Source: Octopus vulgaris
Taxonomy: Eukaryota
DNA: 64,000 nt
Direction: 5' to 3'
Assembly (NCBI GenBank): GCA_951406725.2
Contig: OX597819.1
Coordinates: forward strand, 119,412,001 to 119,476,000
The position numbers and the translations under genes were made by a program. Below the pieces are notes generated by a model. That model saw only the letters and a program-made list of their open reading frames with translations, did no database searches and had not been told where the DNA came from. Shown here one piece after another: positions 26,025 through 42,593 of the stretch (the first letter of the stretch is position 1; each line of letters begins with the position of its first letter).

Positions 26025-26247
26025 TTGTGTGTCTGTGTTTGTCCCCCTAGCATTGCTTGACAACCGATGCTGGTGTGTTTACGTCCCCGTCACTTAGCAG
26101 TTCGGCAAAAGAGACCGATATAATAAGTACTGGGTTTACAAAGAATAAGTCCCAGGGTCGATTTGCTCGACTAAAGGCGGTGCTCCAGCATGGCCGCAGT
26201 CAAATGACTGAAACAGGTAAAAAAGTAAAAGGGAATAAAAAGAGTAA
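25800..26247 (+). mobile_element. SINE family B, full length
   Basis: Family-B blocks from ggtgcaggagtggctg to gactgaaacaggtaaaa. Confidence 0.92.
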
Positions 26248-26715
26248 AATATTCCATATGTAATACGTCATCTGAAAATTTGAAAAAAGTGAAAAAAATA
26301 ACAAAAGGTACAAAAAGAAGAAGAAAATATATATTAGATTGCGATTTTCCTACACGTGATATTTATCTTGAGGATATTGAAAGACTATTAGTCTGGAGAT
26401 AATGTTTCATCTCTATTAAATCATGAACTAGTTTACTGAAATCGATTAGGGTTACGCTCTAAGCGTATTGCGATAATTACCTCGGAAATATTACTTGTTA
26501 AGACTAGTGTTTAGTAGGATGAGGATGTTGAGAAAGAAAATAACGAGGACAACAACAAAGAAGATGATGAGACTCAATAAATATAACAATGATAATGATG
26601 GAGGTGGTGGTAGTGGTAGTGATGGGCAATGAAGATGATAACAATGAGGAGATAAAAAAGATTAATACAGTGAACCATGATCATATAGTCAAGAAATATG
26701 TACTTTAAGATTATG

Positions 26716-26777
<62 letters not shown>

Positions 26778-26823
26778 AATGTATGTATGTATGTATGTAC
26801 GCATGTATGTATGTATGTATGTA

Positions 26824-26856
<33 letters not shown>

Positions 26857-26859
26857 GAT

Positions 26860-27013
26860 GGGCTTCTTTCAGTTTCCGTCTACCAAATTCACTCACAAAT
26901 CTTTGGTCGGCCCGAGGCTATAATAGAAGACACTTGTCCAAGGTTTCACGCATTGGGAATGAAGCCGGAACCATGTGGCTGGTAAGCAAGTTACTTACCA
27001 CACAGCCACTCCT

Positions 27014-27015
<2 letters not shown>
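26860..27015 (-). mobile_element. SINE family B, 5' half ending in its internal microsatellite
   Basis: Reverse complement of the family-B head through gaaactgaaagaagccc. Confidence 0.88.
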
Positions 27016-27063
<48 letters not shown>

Positions 27064-27540
27064 TATTGTGTATGTGAAAGAGAGTGTAAATATTTATCTA
27101 TTTATACATGCATCTACGTGTATTTACATCATTGTCAACAGGGAGAAATGTTCCTCATGATAAAGTACAATGAATGGCTTGTTTATTAGTCCAACTGTAC
27201 TACAAGCGTATTTGAACTGGTAGTAACATTGCATTTATGCATATCACTGCTTAATGCTCATACTTTAGAAATACATTCATAGAAAAAAGCGAACTGAGCC
27301 GTCCCTTCTGCTGATGCTTCGGCCTAAAGCTTAATCAGTACTGTAAATGGATATCACTGTTACCAATTTCCGACATGTATGTATAAAATTATATATGCGT
27401 TGACACCTGTAATAGAGTTCTCTAGCACTTCTTTTCTTGCAGTGTACTTGCTCTAACATTGTCAGTTATATTTACTATATTGATAATTAGGGTTTTCCTT
27501 TTTGGTGAATCTCTGTGCTAAAATAGCTGGCTCGTTTAAT

Positions 27541-29250
<1,710 letters not shown>

Positions 29251-29283
29251 ATATATAAGTTCTTATATATAGTTCTTGTAGTT

Positions 29284-29333
<50 letters not shown>

Positions 29334-29334
29334 T

Positions 29335-29510
29335 AGAATTCACAAAAAATAGAGAAAAGGCGAAGGCAGTTGGTGTAGACAACAAACAGATGTATTAATA
29401 TAACACTCAGGAAGTGAAAAAGTCTTTAACGTTTTGAGCCTTCGCTCTTCCACAGAAAGGAACACAGAAAAAACAAAGAGAAAAAGTAAAGAATGTGTAG
29501 TGGCTTGCGA
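29335..29510 (-). repeat. Family C repeat with hammerhead-like motif
   Basis: Minus strand cttt CTGTGGA a gagc gaag gctc AAAA cg TT aaag (29424-29459). Homologous to 34775-34985. Confidence 0.72.
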
Positions 29511-29553
29511 TATATATATATTAATTTCTTGAAGGTATGTATATATATCTATA

Positions 29554-29600
<47 letters not shown>

Positions 29601-30131
29601 GTATAAATTTGTTAAAGTTATATCGTCATTTGTTTCGACATATATACCGAAGATTCCAATAGCAGAGGATGGATCAAAAGCATATGCAACAATGATCTTG
29701 AAACATCGCTTACATTATTGGTTTGTTCTCAGAACTTGCCATCATCTCATGCCCTTTTCATGGTCTATTTGATCCCTATCATATTTATGTCGTTTGAGCA
29801 ATGGAATAAATATATGAGCCTTATTTTTGTTCTCTTCTTTAAAATAACGCATACCTTCACCTGTAACAAGTCCTACTATTTCACAGATTATAGCTGTTTT
29901 CATAGGTTGCTAAAGTCTTTTTACAAATCTCATAAACATGCAATACATACATGGCAAATGTACAGATTACAAAATATACTTAAATTTCTCCTTCCGAAAC
30001 TTAATGCCATGAGTTTCACGAAAACTACAATAAACGTACGTAATAATTCAGCAGCACATGAATAACCTTGTGAAAGAGGGCAGCAGTAAATACTTGCCAT
30101 TTCAGAGAATATACCTTAAGATATCTCAGTG

Positions 30132-31826
30132 ATTCGATATGTGTGTAATCGTATAATAATGAAGTACATAGCCAATTACTATGACACGAGGTTATTCCTC
30201 GTCTCTTTATCTCGTTTAAAACCCAAAATAAATATAAATACATTTCATAATGTATCAATGAATTAGTTACATTTTACGTAAATAGAATACTGTTATTTCT
30301 TCGCATATTACTTTTGGACAATACTTTTCCTAATATATTTTGAAATTTATATCTACACAGGTTTTCCATTCATAAAGCTTACTGAAGTTGTATAAAATTT
30401 TACGAGTAATATTTGATATTTTCAAATCCAAGATTACATACCGTCTATACCTTCCAGCCAAACACCTGATACTCACGAATTGAGTCTACGCAGAAAATAT
30501 GAGTCGTGTCCACTTCAGCTCTTCCGTCAGTTCATACATGAGAATGTTCCTCCCTATAATTGTTATTTATTCACTTTCCAATCCTTCTGTATCACTTTCA
30601 AATATATTGCATGTATTTTTCGTGGCGAAGTTTTGTTTTATATATATCTACACTATTATTTCAAAATCTACCTACCTGTTTCACTAGGCGAGAAAATCCA
30701 TGCATAAGCGGAAATACAGCCATATACACACTCATGCTACAATGCTACAAATTACATACACACACAGACGTAGACTGACACACACATGCACCCCTACAAT
30801 ATATATATCTATATATATAGTGAAGCTGGTAAGTAGATTTCGAAATAATTGTGTAGACATGAACAAACATGGCCACGAAAATGTTAACCTATATGTATGT
30901 ATATATAGATATGTATATATATATATATATTTATGTATGTATGTATATATGTGTGTGTTTGTGTGTGTGTATGTGTGTGTGTGTGTTTGTGTGTGCTAAT
31001 ATATTTATGTTTCTGTAGAAGATACGTATCGAGAAGATACGGCATGGGAAGAGTAGAGTTAGTCTGATCATGATCTACTTTTGGCAATAAGTTTTATAAC
31101 GTGTTTGTTTAAAAACCTAAAAGTCAAAAGAAATGGTATTAAAATATAAGGAAACAAAATATATTGAGTACAGTTATACTTCAAGACTTTTATCTGCCGA
31201 TCGCTCTAATTGACAGCAAACTAATGGCTGTCTATGTGTTCATTTAGTCTTCTATAGTAGGCATAATTCTCTACGACATTGCATTTTAATACTATAATGT
31301 TCAGTTTGTATGGGGAGAATAAAGTGAAAAGTCGATCGTAATATGTGTGCTAATAGAAGGTTTACAGGGGCGAAGAATATGTTACATTTCTTATTTATAA
31401 TTTTAAACCTATTCGGAACAAAATGTTAAATCATTGAAGATATGTGATATGTTCTGTGTTGTTGCAATCAATTCACAAAGATAATTAGTACTGTTACGAA
31501 ATGAACTGAAGACGAAGATCATACAAAATACCTGACTACGAATAGAATTGCACAATATATCAGTTAGAGCAGCACCATATCCATTAAGTAACAAACACCA
31601 TATTAATTTAATTTGTAATTTCAAATTCCAATAATTCCAATAAATTTAATGTAACCTTCGAATACTAAGTTTGAAATTCCAGCTAAATTTCCAATTTTAC
31701 TTCGCATGTATATAAATCGATATTTTTATTTTGGGTTTTAAACGAGATAAAGAGACCGGGAATAACGTCGTGTCATAGCAATTGGTTATGTACTTCATCA
31801 TTATTCGATTACACACATAATCGAAT
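30132..31826. repeat. About 105-bp inverted repeat pair enclosing about 1.5 kb
   Basis: 30132-30236 (attcgatatgtgtgtaatcg...cccaaaataaatata) is the imperfect reverse complement of 31721-31826. Confidence 0.8.
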
Positions 31827-33204
31827 ATATATAAGATGTACGATTGACTTATGTATATAATATGTTCACAGACTTACCACAAAATGTAAAACAAGAGCAG
31901 GTTTTATCTCAATGCTAAAACAGCATAAATCAAATCAAATTTAGATTTAGAAAGCTGTGCCGACACCTCTAGTACGTGTATTTCGTTTTCCTGCATGTCA
32001 GATTCAACGTTACAAGTTAATAACAGCGAATTTCGATTTCCGATTTGATGTGTCTGCTTTATAATAAAATATTCGAATGATTATAAGTTCCTTTGATTTA
32101 ATACAGGTATTCAGAAACAAAAAAAGGTTATCAATCGAAAGTTTATCAGTCCACGTAACGCAATCAATTATATGGCAAATTTTATTTTTTGATTTCCTCA
32201 TGATCGGTTCTTCCTGTTCACAGCCCGTTAACAAAAGGGAAACTAGCATAATCAATATATTTATTTGATTCTCTCTACTATGTCTACTTAAATTAGCAGC
32301 CACATGTTCCCATCTCATTTACATCACTATTCATTTCTCTTCATTGAATATGCTTCGTTATTATTTAGCATTAATTGTTGTATCTTACAATCTCTGTGCA
32401 GATTATGCAGCAGATTATGTTGCTATAGTAACCACCAAGTGAAATCGCAATTTGTTTGAAGGTGCATCGAGTAACTAACTCTAATCTTAGCAGGAAGACA
32501 ATCAAAAGTAATATATAAATCTGTAAAATATTGCTACTGAATTCAGTTTGGTAATAAAATGGCGTAGTTTATTAATCTTTGTAGTGTTTTACGTCACCGA
32601 AAAACTTTCTGCATTGATATTGCTTATCTACAGGAATTTTCTAAATTTCAATCACATGCAAAACACACTTTCCTTTTATATTGCATTTTACAATAAAGTT
32701 GCCTCATGAGAGGTGGATGAGATTGAATTAACTGACACTGAGTACTATCGCTGTCTGATAAGTATACAATTTCTAATTTTATTTCCAATTTCAAGGCAGG
32801 TAAGTACGTCTATTAGTAAATCGTATTAGAAAAGAAACTGAAGTGGCTATTTGGCGCCGTTGAAATATAGTTTCTTTACCTCAGTTTATGTGATGGAGAA
32901 TATAATAAACTCGCTGAATTCTATTACATGTTTTATCCTTGAGAGGAATGCATAATATGGTATACGATAATGAGAACTAGCAACGGATTTGAAAATAAAT
33001 TTGAACACATTCTACAAGAAGTCAGTTGGAATTGCGCAGTTGTCTGCCATATTCTTATGTGTGACAGAACAAAGGCCTCTTTACTTCAAGGCTGCTTCTT
33101 TCCATGTAATTCAGACTCATTTTGCCTTCGATAATTCACCTTAAACTTTACAACAAATAAAATATATATATATATATATATATATATAAGATATATATAT
33201 ATAT

Positions 33205-33345
33205 TGGAAGATTGCACCTCTAATTTGGAGCCCAAGACCTGCAGATATGTTCAGCTCTTTGTGGGTCCTAACATGACTTTTGAGGCCTCCGGTGGATTTG
33301 TAAACCCTCTGGCATACACTGCATTCAAAGGTGTGCACATACGTA
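33205..33345 (-). mobile_element. Isolated C2H2-type finger, probably an RTE-like LINE 3' end
   Basis: HTFECSVCQRVYKSTGGLKSHVRTH followed by a short tail and (TA)n. No finger linker, no neighbouring fingers, no clear splice sites. Confidence 0.6.
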
Positions 33346-33394
33346 TAGGCAGAATAGTTGGCGGAGGTTGTGTGTGTGTGTATATATTTTGTCA

Positions 33395-34535
33395 CCGAAT
33401 AGGGTTTTCCTTGGGTCTGTTTTCGGACTGCATTGTTATGGTCTCGTTTACTTTTTGCTTTTCTACTGGGATGCCTTGTTTTGGATTCTTAATTATGTTG
33501 GTCTGTTTCATCTGCTGCGGTGTGTGTGCTAGTTTGGAAGATTTTTGGAAATTACGCTTATTGGTTCTTCTGATTGTAGTGGTGTGCTAGGAGCAGGTTG
33601 GACCGTATGTTGTCAAACCTGAGGGTACCTGACAGTTAAGTTACCCTTTTTCTCATATTTATAACACCTTAGGCTTCTGCTGTCTACTCTAATTCTCAGT
33701 TTGGTCTCGTCTGGTAGGATAATTTGATCTGAGAACTATTCTAGGTTACTTGGGGGTGACCTGGATTGTTACACCAAGGTCATAGCCCCCTCCAAATTTG
33801 TTGTTGTGTCTTGGTTGCTTTCAATATCTTCCTTCTTTCGAGTTCAACATTATTGCTGCTATCAACAACATATCATCAATTTCAGGAGGGACTCCTCCAA
33901 TTTTAATTCTGGATGTCCTTCTTCCGAGATAAGTCGACAGTAACACAACTTCTGCCGACTTCAGGGATGTGGTAGAGTGTTTTAAAGCTTCCTCATCTGA
34001 AGCAAACCTCACCTCCACCGTCCTACCAAAACGTTTCGCTGTTGATAAAAATGTCATCTCACTCCAAATTTGGCTTAGACATTTTCCGACGGCATCCTTA
34101 GATGCCATCTGTATTTTTTACATTGCCAGTGAACAGGTCCGGTAACATACATCTTAGTGACTTCTCTAACTTCCTCAGGTGGGGTGGGGTGTGGGGCAAT
34201 CTCACATTCGTCCTCTCCGTCTGTAGTAATTCCATATATATTAGTAGTTAGTACTTTCTGACACTCATCCCATCACTGCTGACTTGGGCTGCCTCTTTTG
34301 GCCTTGGTCGCATAACCACTTTCGATGTTTTGCGTTTCCGTTAAGTCGCCCTCCAGTTTTCAGGCGACTGCTCCATGAAGTTTTCTATACTCAATATAAA
34401 ATACAATTTTCGCCCCTGAACGGGGGAAAACCGATAATAAACACAAGCCTTCAAACGCAGGCAGAGCGCAAATAGATGCATGAACAATAACAAACAAGAG
34501 GCAATCCGAAAAGGGAACGCCTACTACAAGGTAAA
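33395..34535 (-). mobile_element. Decayed non-LTR retrotransposon 5' UTR + ORF1 (L1/Tx1-like)
   Basis: ...TVEVRF...YLGRRTSRIKIGGVPPEI... then IILPDETKLRIRVDSRSLRCYKYEKKGN, a degenerate CxxC-GH zinc knuckle. Confidence 0.7.
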
Positions 34536-34774
34536 ACCAACAAGTTCTTAGTTTCACAGAGGAAAACAAAAACGTCTCTTCAACTCGAGGGAGATGATTG
34601 TAACAACGATGAAAGAAAATATCAATGTTAATCAATTGAAGAATTTGGGCAAATCTATGTCTGTATTATCAGACGACTTCAAAAATCGTTTAAAAATTTA
34701 TTTTAAACTGCAAAAATCAGGTGCAAATTCTCCATGGTTCAAACCGTTGCTTACTTTCTACTCGACCTGATATA

Positions 34775-35081
<307 letters not shown>

Positions 35082-35159
35082 GAATATATATGTGTACATA
35101 TTATTATTATTATTATTATTATAATTATTATTATATGTATGTGTGTATGTGTGTGTAGG

Positions 35160-35302
35160 GAGAGGCGTAGATGTAGCTGTGTGGTTTTACGGTTCAATGT
35201 CATGCAGCGAAACGTAACCTGGTAGGGTCTTCTGCTTTGGCCTGGAGCAAATCAAATACGTGAGACTAGACTTGGTAGATGGAAACCGAGAGAAGCCCCG
35301 TC
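35160..35302 (+). mobile_element. Highly degenerate SINE family B 5' half
   Basis: ggcgtag..gtagctgtgtgg...ttggtagatggaaaccgagagaagcccc. Confidence 0.6.
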
Positions 35303-35347
35303 ATAAATGTGTGTTTATACATACATACATACATACATATATACATA

Positions 35348-35397
<50 letters not shown>

Positions 35398-35464
35398 TAT
35401 ATTTAATTATATATACATATATGTGTGTCTGTGTCTGTGTGTGTGTGTGTGAGTGTGTGTGTAC

Positions 35465-35500
<36 letters not shown>

Positions 35501-36879
35501 TCTGCAATCGCCATGTGAGTAGTACCCTGAGGAATTATAATCAGAAATCATTACATTTTGTTGGATACCATGGAAAATTAATCTAAGTAATTTATATTCC
35601 GTATATCTAGCAATTGCTCTATGTTAAAAGATAATGTTATTAACCTGTTTGCTTGCGGCTAGTTTCGAAACCTGACCTCAACATTCTGAAGATAACTTTT
35701 ACATGTTTTATTAAATCAATTCAGTAACTTGAGAGTAATAAATGATATGAATGTTGCTGTGATGGTATCAGTTATATTTTGTGCGAGAAAATAGTAATAC
35801 TATTTGGGAATTAAGAATTCGTTGACGGTAATACTCTCGCTGGACTGTCTACAATAATTAATAACAACAACTGCAAATTGTTACGGATCCATTTCTAAAT
35901 GGATCCGCAACACGATATATGAGCATTTCTTAAACTAATAATCTCCAGTATCACAGACATTTGCGTTCCATGCTGTTTACTGATAAGCCTTCTAAATAGT
36001 GAAATATATACCTTTCATCTAAAGCAAAAAGGTCGAAACCATTGAATGGACAACATTGTTGAAATTAATTAAAATTGCCTTCATTAGAATGTGTATTTAT
36101 TGTTCTACCACTGTCGACTTCGGTACCAAAAACGCCTGTGACTATAGCCAGGTAATACATTTTGTATTCTTGCAGAAAGTCCAGTACTTCACCATACCAT
36201 AATCTTCGTTCTATACATTGCAGCAGCTCTATTAATCTACAATTACCGATTAATCTACTAGTGTATATTAACATTATTTACCCAAAATAACAACGTAACT
36301 TTTCAAACTTAACTAGTACACACTATTTACCTAGCTAACCACGCCAGCCATGGGTTCCATTTAATAGTAATAATAATGTGTTTAAACACTAAGTTAGCTC
36401 CTGATGGTGATTTACCATTAAAGGGAGGAGAGAATTTATTCTAGCTCAAACTAATTTAAGTTGAATAATATGCATATTTAATTTGTTATTTTAATCATTT
36501 CCTTCCAGAAAATAAAATAAATTTTTTGAAGTTTTTAGTCGTTATCAGTCGTGTAAATTAATATTTAATCATTGTTTGCAAACTTCAGTACCGCATAATT
36601 CAAGGCAGAAATTGATTAAACTAAATTGAACATTCTACCAAGATTTTGGGAATTGGAGCATTAGTTCACTGCTTAAAAACTATATATTTTTTCCTTTTCA
36701 TACGAAATAGAGAAGAAGGAAAGACATTTCCTTACGTGGAAGTTAAAGGCAGTTCTACCTTGGAAAAATCTCAGTACAAATAAGTTTCAGAAGACCGCTT
36801 TATTCTTATCGTATATTCTTCTCGGGTGCAAGTAAAGATTTAACATTGTAATATCCGTCGGAATAAGTTAGAAAACTGA

Positions 36880-37748
36880 GTTGTGTTTCAATATATGGAG
36901 AGAAATAATATTGATGGAAACGAATTAATCAACGTACGCAGAGACATCATGCAAAATAACCGTCTAACACCAGCAGAAATAGCGACAATAAAAAATAATT
37001 CCACTACAATCTCAGAAAATCGAACTGGGGTGCAAAGTGCAGGCACTGGTAATAATGAACACGAAAAGATTCAACGTTTTGATTGAGACACCTCTGAACA
37101 CGAGGTTGATGCAGATAACTTAGAACCTGAAGTAGAAGTTGAGCGAACTGAAAGTAAAGTAACAGAAAGTAGGAATAAACCTAAAGCTGCGATGGCGGAC
37201 GCAATCGCGGAATCCAATAGAGGGAGAATACGTGAGGCAAATGACAACATTCTGAGAGAGCTAGGAAGTTCAAAACATCTAGAAATGAATGTGAGAGATC
37301 AACTACCAAAGTGTCGGAATATGAAATCAAATCACTGTACGATCAATATATATGATTATGCCCTAAATAGGCTCCTTCTTGAAATTGAGACAGATTTAAC
37401 CTCAGTCAACCATCTTTTATACCCAAAAGCTATTACTAACACAATGAAAATAGGCATCAAGTTAAAGGAATGATTCACAAAAAAGCGCACTAACACCCAA
37501 GTTAGCAAGAGCGCGTAAATAAGGGAATCAATAGTTTTCGAGGGGAATTCTCAATCTTAGATTAACTCTCCCAAAATAATAATGTAAAGACGGGAATAGT
37601 AAGAAAGATAAACTTGCATGAAGTAATGAGAGCAAAAGAGATGGTGAAGCAAAGAATGCAGGCTAAGGCCCAACGCTTAGGCAGGTACGAAGAGAGAAAC
37701 AAATATTATAGACAAAATGAGATACTAAAAACTGATACAAAGGAATTC
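36880..37748 (+). mobile_element. Second R4/Dong-like non-LTR element, N-terminal region, decayed
   Basis: NIDGNELINVRRDIMQNNRLTPAEIATIK and QAKAQRLGRYEERNKYYRQNEILKTD, blocks found upstream of RT in R4-type ORFs. Confidence 0.75.
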
Positions 37749-37749
37749 T

Positions 37750-38889
37750 GTTGAGAGCTGCAGAAACAGTCGATGGGAGAAAATTACTCGCGTTTTCAGC
37801 GTTGTTACAATCATCTAAAATGAAACTGTCAAAGCGCGATATTCGAGCAATTTTGCTATTCAACTTCAAAAAAGGACGTACAGCGGCTGAAACTGCCTGC
37901 GATATCAACGAAACTTTTCGTGACAAAATGACCAGTGATTTGTCAGCTCTAATGGGGTTTAAGCGATTTCGCAGTGAAGACCTGAGCCCTGAAGTTCATA
38001 GACGTAGTTGACGTCCATCTCTCATCGATGACGTTCAATTAATGACTGTCATTGAGTAAGATCCACGTAAAACCACTCGACAGTTGACAAACGAACTTTA
38101 AGTTAGCCAGAAAACTGCCTGTAACCTTTTGCATGTGATTGGAAAAAAATCAGAAGATCTTGAGAATTGAGTACCACACGATCTGATTGAAAATCAGAAA
38201 ATGTGCAAATATGAAATTTACTTCACGCTTTTTCTCTGTAAGCAAACAGATCCCTATCTCGACCGTATTGGAACTTGCGATGAAAAGTGGATTCTCTACA
38301 ATAATAAAAATACGATCTTCGCAGTGGTTGCACATACATTAAGCACCGGAAACCTTCTCTAGACCCGAGCTCTTTAAAAAGAAGGTTATGATAAATAGTT
38401 AGTTTAATCCACTATAACTTCCTATGACGAAAAGACTATTAATGCAGAAACATATTGCCATGATATTGCCAAAATGAACGAAAAACTGCTACTCCTCTGT
38501 CCCAGATAAGGACAATTCATTCTTTATGGAAGAACACACATTTCACTAACGACGCTCCAGAAGTTGAGGAAACTTAGCTACGAAGTTCTTCCCTACACAA
38601 CTTATTCCTCAGACCTTTCTCGTACTGACTAGCGCTTTTACAGCTACCTTGATAGTTTCCTGCTAGAGGAAAAGTTCAAAAATCAAACTGATACTATTAG
38701 TACTTTTGAAGAGTTCATCAGCTGCAGAACTCCAGATTTTTTATGTTACCGGGATAAGCAAACTTGTAAATCGTTGGGGAAAATGTGTTGAATATATTGG
38801 TACTTATTTTTTGAATAAAATATCCACATTGTTGAAATATATCGTAATGAATTCCATGTTTCAAACGTTCCTTTTTACTCAGCCCGATA
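37750..38889 (+). mobile_element. Decayed mariner transposon (transposase pseudogene from ATG 37820)
   Basis: MKLSKRDIRAILLFNFKKGRTAAETACDIN..., VPHDL, CDEKWILYNN, YSSDLSRTD, GISKLVNRWGKCVEY, with many stops and frameshifts. Probable 3' TIR ends ...cagcccgata. No 5' TIR seen. Confidence 0.92.
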
Positions 38890-39704
38890 TTTTCCTCCAT
38901 CATTCTTAGTTTTATAATTGTAATTCTTTTCACTCAGTTGTAATAACAAAGCTGTGATACTACAAAAAATAAATGACGCTCCATTTTCCGCTGACGTAGC
39001 AGTGTATTTCCGAGCATAACTAGAAGCGTTTTTTGTTGCTTATTAATTAGGGGAGAGAAAGAGTAGTAAGCGTGTAATGTATAACTTCCTAATAGTTTTA
39101 CGATATATGTGTGTGTGTGTGCGTGTGTGCGTGTGTGTGTGTGTATGCGTGTGTGTGTGTGCGTGTGTGAGTGTTTTTGTGTATGTATGTTTGTGTGTTT
39201 GGATAGTCAACTTATGAAAGAATCATGTGCAAGAAATCAACGTAGCACACATTATTTCGAATCGAATACCCTTTGCATTAATGAAGCAACCATATTAACA
39301 GCAAGCCTTTCTCCATCTCCCCTGCAGTAATGCAATTAACCAGTGTTTGCTCCGTTGGAAATCTTGTAATAAACAGGGTTAGTTCAACCTTGTTTATTGC
39401 GAACGGAAATATATAAAGATAATGAACTCAATTAAATTGCGCAATTAATTATTTGTAACAGCATTACAAATTATACGAGAAAATACTTTATCCACAATAA
39501 AGACTACAAGCATTCAATGAATTTAAAGAAAGAAAAATATATAAATTCTTGCATGTAATATATAAATTTTAATCAATTTTGCCATTCAATAAATCTTAAT
39601 CTGGAAAAATTATCTAAGGTATATAAACGGAGGAGATTGTTATGCATCATTGTCATATGCGCATGGAAAAATAATAGTAAAACACAGAATAACACACGTC
39701 CATG

Positions 39705-40210
39705 CATCATCATCATCATTGTTCGACCGTGGTCGAGACAATGGAATTTACCATGCTACACCAGACTTCACGGTCCATCATGGCATTACGGAGGTCCTGT
39801 TGCTGTATGCCTGTATCCCTGGAGATTACATCAGGGTAGGAGAATGTGTGCCCTCTGGTATTGCGGGTAGATGGCTTCCAGAGGAGAAGAGTAGAAATTA
39901 CCTCTTTTTCAGCTCTACAACAATGTCCAGCAGACTGGACTCTCTTACCTTTCACAAGAGATGACACAGGTGGTAGTTTCCCATATATTTGCATTTTGGT
40001 TGGATGGCGCTTCCACGAGAGATTTTGAGCTCCCATAAGGAGGCGAGTGTAGGTTCCATCCAACCGCCTCTCAAGATTCTTTGATACCGTCCAGGTTTCT
40101 GAGCCGTTTAGTAGAATTGGTTCGACTGTGGCTTTGAAGATTTCAAGTTTGAAGTCTCTACTTAGATTTGATGACCAGATCTATTGCATGTCATTACAGG
40201 CTGACCAGGT
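39705..40210 (-). mobile_element. 5'-truncated RTE-clade LINE 3' end with (TGA)n tail
   Basis: IFKATVEPILLNGSETWT...LDGTYTRLLM...AGHCCRAEKEVISTLLLWKP...AMMDREVW*, followed by tgatgatgatg. Confidence 0.9.
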
Positions 40211-42593
40211 CATACACTCTCTCAGTTATGTGAATGATGTCAAGTTGCTCCAGAATGTTACTGTTAGTTTGCAGTCCAATGCAGGATTTTACCTGTTTAT
40301 ACCGTCGCTAACTAAAACATCACCAACGCTTGGCTAGCTTTCTGACATCGGCTACTAGAATCCAGCACGAATAACGTATGACATGCCAACGCTAACGTAT
40401 AAAAGAACTATAATGGCATCAACTCGCTACATTTAAGATACGTGAACACAACTAAAATTACTTTTGATCGAAAATCGTAGTAACATCTCTGGGAGAGATA
40501 GATCCCTAATTATCTTTAGAACAGCTATCTAGGAAAAGGAACCTCTGGAAACTTCGTACAGAAGTATACTGTTGGCTTTGGTTGGTAAATACTAGAAAAG
40601 AAATTATATGAATTATATGAAAGTATATAATGGAGTCTAAATATAATTTATTATTGCCATTGCGTTATAATAAGTAAATATGAAGTTGTTCCATTAATAT
40701 CGTGCAAACGTCTGTCCCTGTAAACATTCTTATATTCCAGTAAATTATTCTTCGTAAAAGCAGCGTCAACTATGCTAGACATAATGAGTGGGCACTTGAG
40801 GTATTAGTGCTTAAAGTTGACACCCTGTTACTAGGATAGTTGGGGGTCTTCATAGAAATGATTTTCATGTAAGTTTGATTGTTCACTGTAGCATAACACG
40901 TCATTGGTTTGAGAAGAAATAGAAATAGTTTTCTCTGTGTTGTGCTTATCTCTTAAGTAGACATCATAATAGGCAACACACTCTTCCAGTCGGAGCCATC
41001 TTCTATTTCAAAAAGAAAAATAGCAAAAAAGTAAACATGCTGGTCCCATTAATTTCAGTGTAATACGAGAGCGTAAGCGACATATTTTCAGTAGGCTTAC
41101 ATTAATGTGTTCATGGCAAATTTCAGAAAAAATGGTGATATTGGATTCAAAACACGTAATCCCGTGGATTGTGCGATTAAAATAAATAATTCAGAAACAT
41201 CTACGCTCCAGGACATCAACTGACTTACACGTTGTATGAAGAAAGGATAATTTATCTTAAATGGAAGCTTTGACATGAGAGCCGTTTCTTCAGTAAAAGA
41301 AATCAGTTTTGCGAACAAGGAAATATTCATGATGGCTTCCGAGTATATTCACACATCTCCAATTGGAATACAATAAATGTAAATATTATACAGTTTTTCT
41401 GTTCCAATTCGAAAGCTTTTGCCATACAACCAGCAATATATTTTACCTCATAAGGCCACGCTGAACATTTTATCAACCGCAAATAGTGCATCACGAAATC
41501 CAGACATCTTATTCCGCTGCATCAGCCCTCAACTCAACTCTCATAAACACAAGATCGATTATTAGTGACTATTAAATACCATCTACAAAATAACTATAAA
41601 ATGTTACTAGCTCATAAAATACCAAACATAATTAAGCAATGACTCGCGTTGGCAAACAAACATTAGATACGTCAGATACACATCATCACAAGACGTCACA
41701 TAAAATGCTAGCCATACATACGTTATATAAATGCCCCAAACTGAGTAGAAGTGTTATAGACCAAACTTCACAATCAAAAGGCATTATAAATCAATCATTG
41801 TCGTACATAAAAGTGAACAGAAATCCGAAATGACCAGGAATATCATAGATTCAATATAGAAAGCAAGTATATAACTACAGCAAATACATACACGCTACGA
41901 CACACATGACAACAGACTGACTGAAATAACACACATCAAATATCTCAGTTTCAATATTGCTTTGGGTGTCAGAGAAGCCCTTCATAGGGTTGCATAGGTG
42001 GGTGAGCTGGACATGAATTATCGTATTGTTCTGGTCTTGTTCATATATATATGTTTTGATGTTTGCCATGGAAACTGCAACACAAATTAAAGACCAGGAC
42101 ATTTTTTTTATGAATCTCTTAAAATATACATTTTAGCATTACACAGACACAGACAGACACATACGCACACACAAACAAACACACCTATATATAATGATAA
42201 ATATATTTTGTCACGTTTCATAATAAACCCCTACATTTTTGTTTTAGATAAATAACAGTTAATCTTACGTATACTTTTCTTTTTCTTTCGAAGTATTATG
42301 GCTTATTTTCCTTTACGTTGTTGGTGGTGATATTACCAAGAAAATGTCTTTTAGCATCAAGTTAGATTACTCTCAAATTTAGTTATATAAGAACCAAAGG
42401 TGAGATGGTTTTTAACTGCAGACTACAAAGGAGAAATTGCTTATGGAGAAAATGAGTTAACTGTGATTTGCAACTTCAAATAGGTGAATAAAATCGTACC
42501 TTTTAGCTATATTCAAAATCTCCACCAACGCAGTCTAAGATTTCTATTGTATTTTCATGAATTAATGATTTATTTCTTGCATAACATGTGACA

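Noticed and set aside
33141-33395. Host C2H2 zinc-finger gene
   Set aside because: Single finger with no TGEKP linker or array. It resembles the terminal finger of RTE ORFs.
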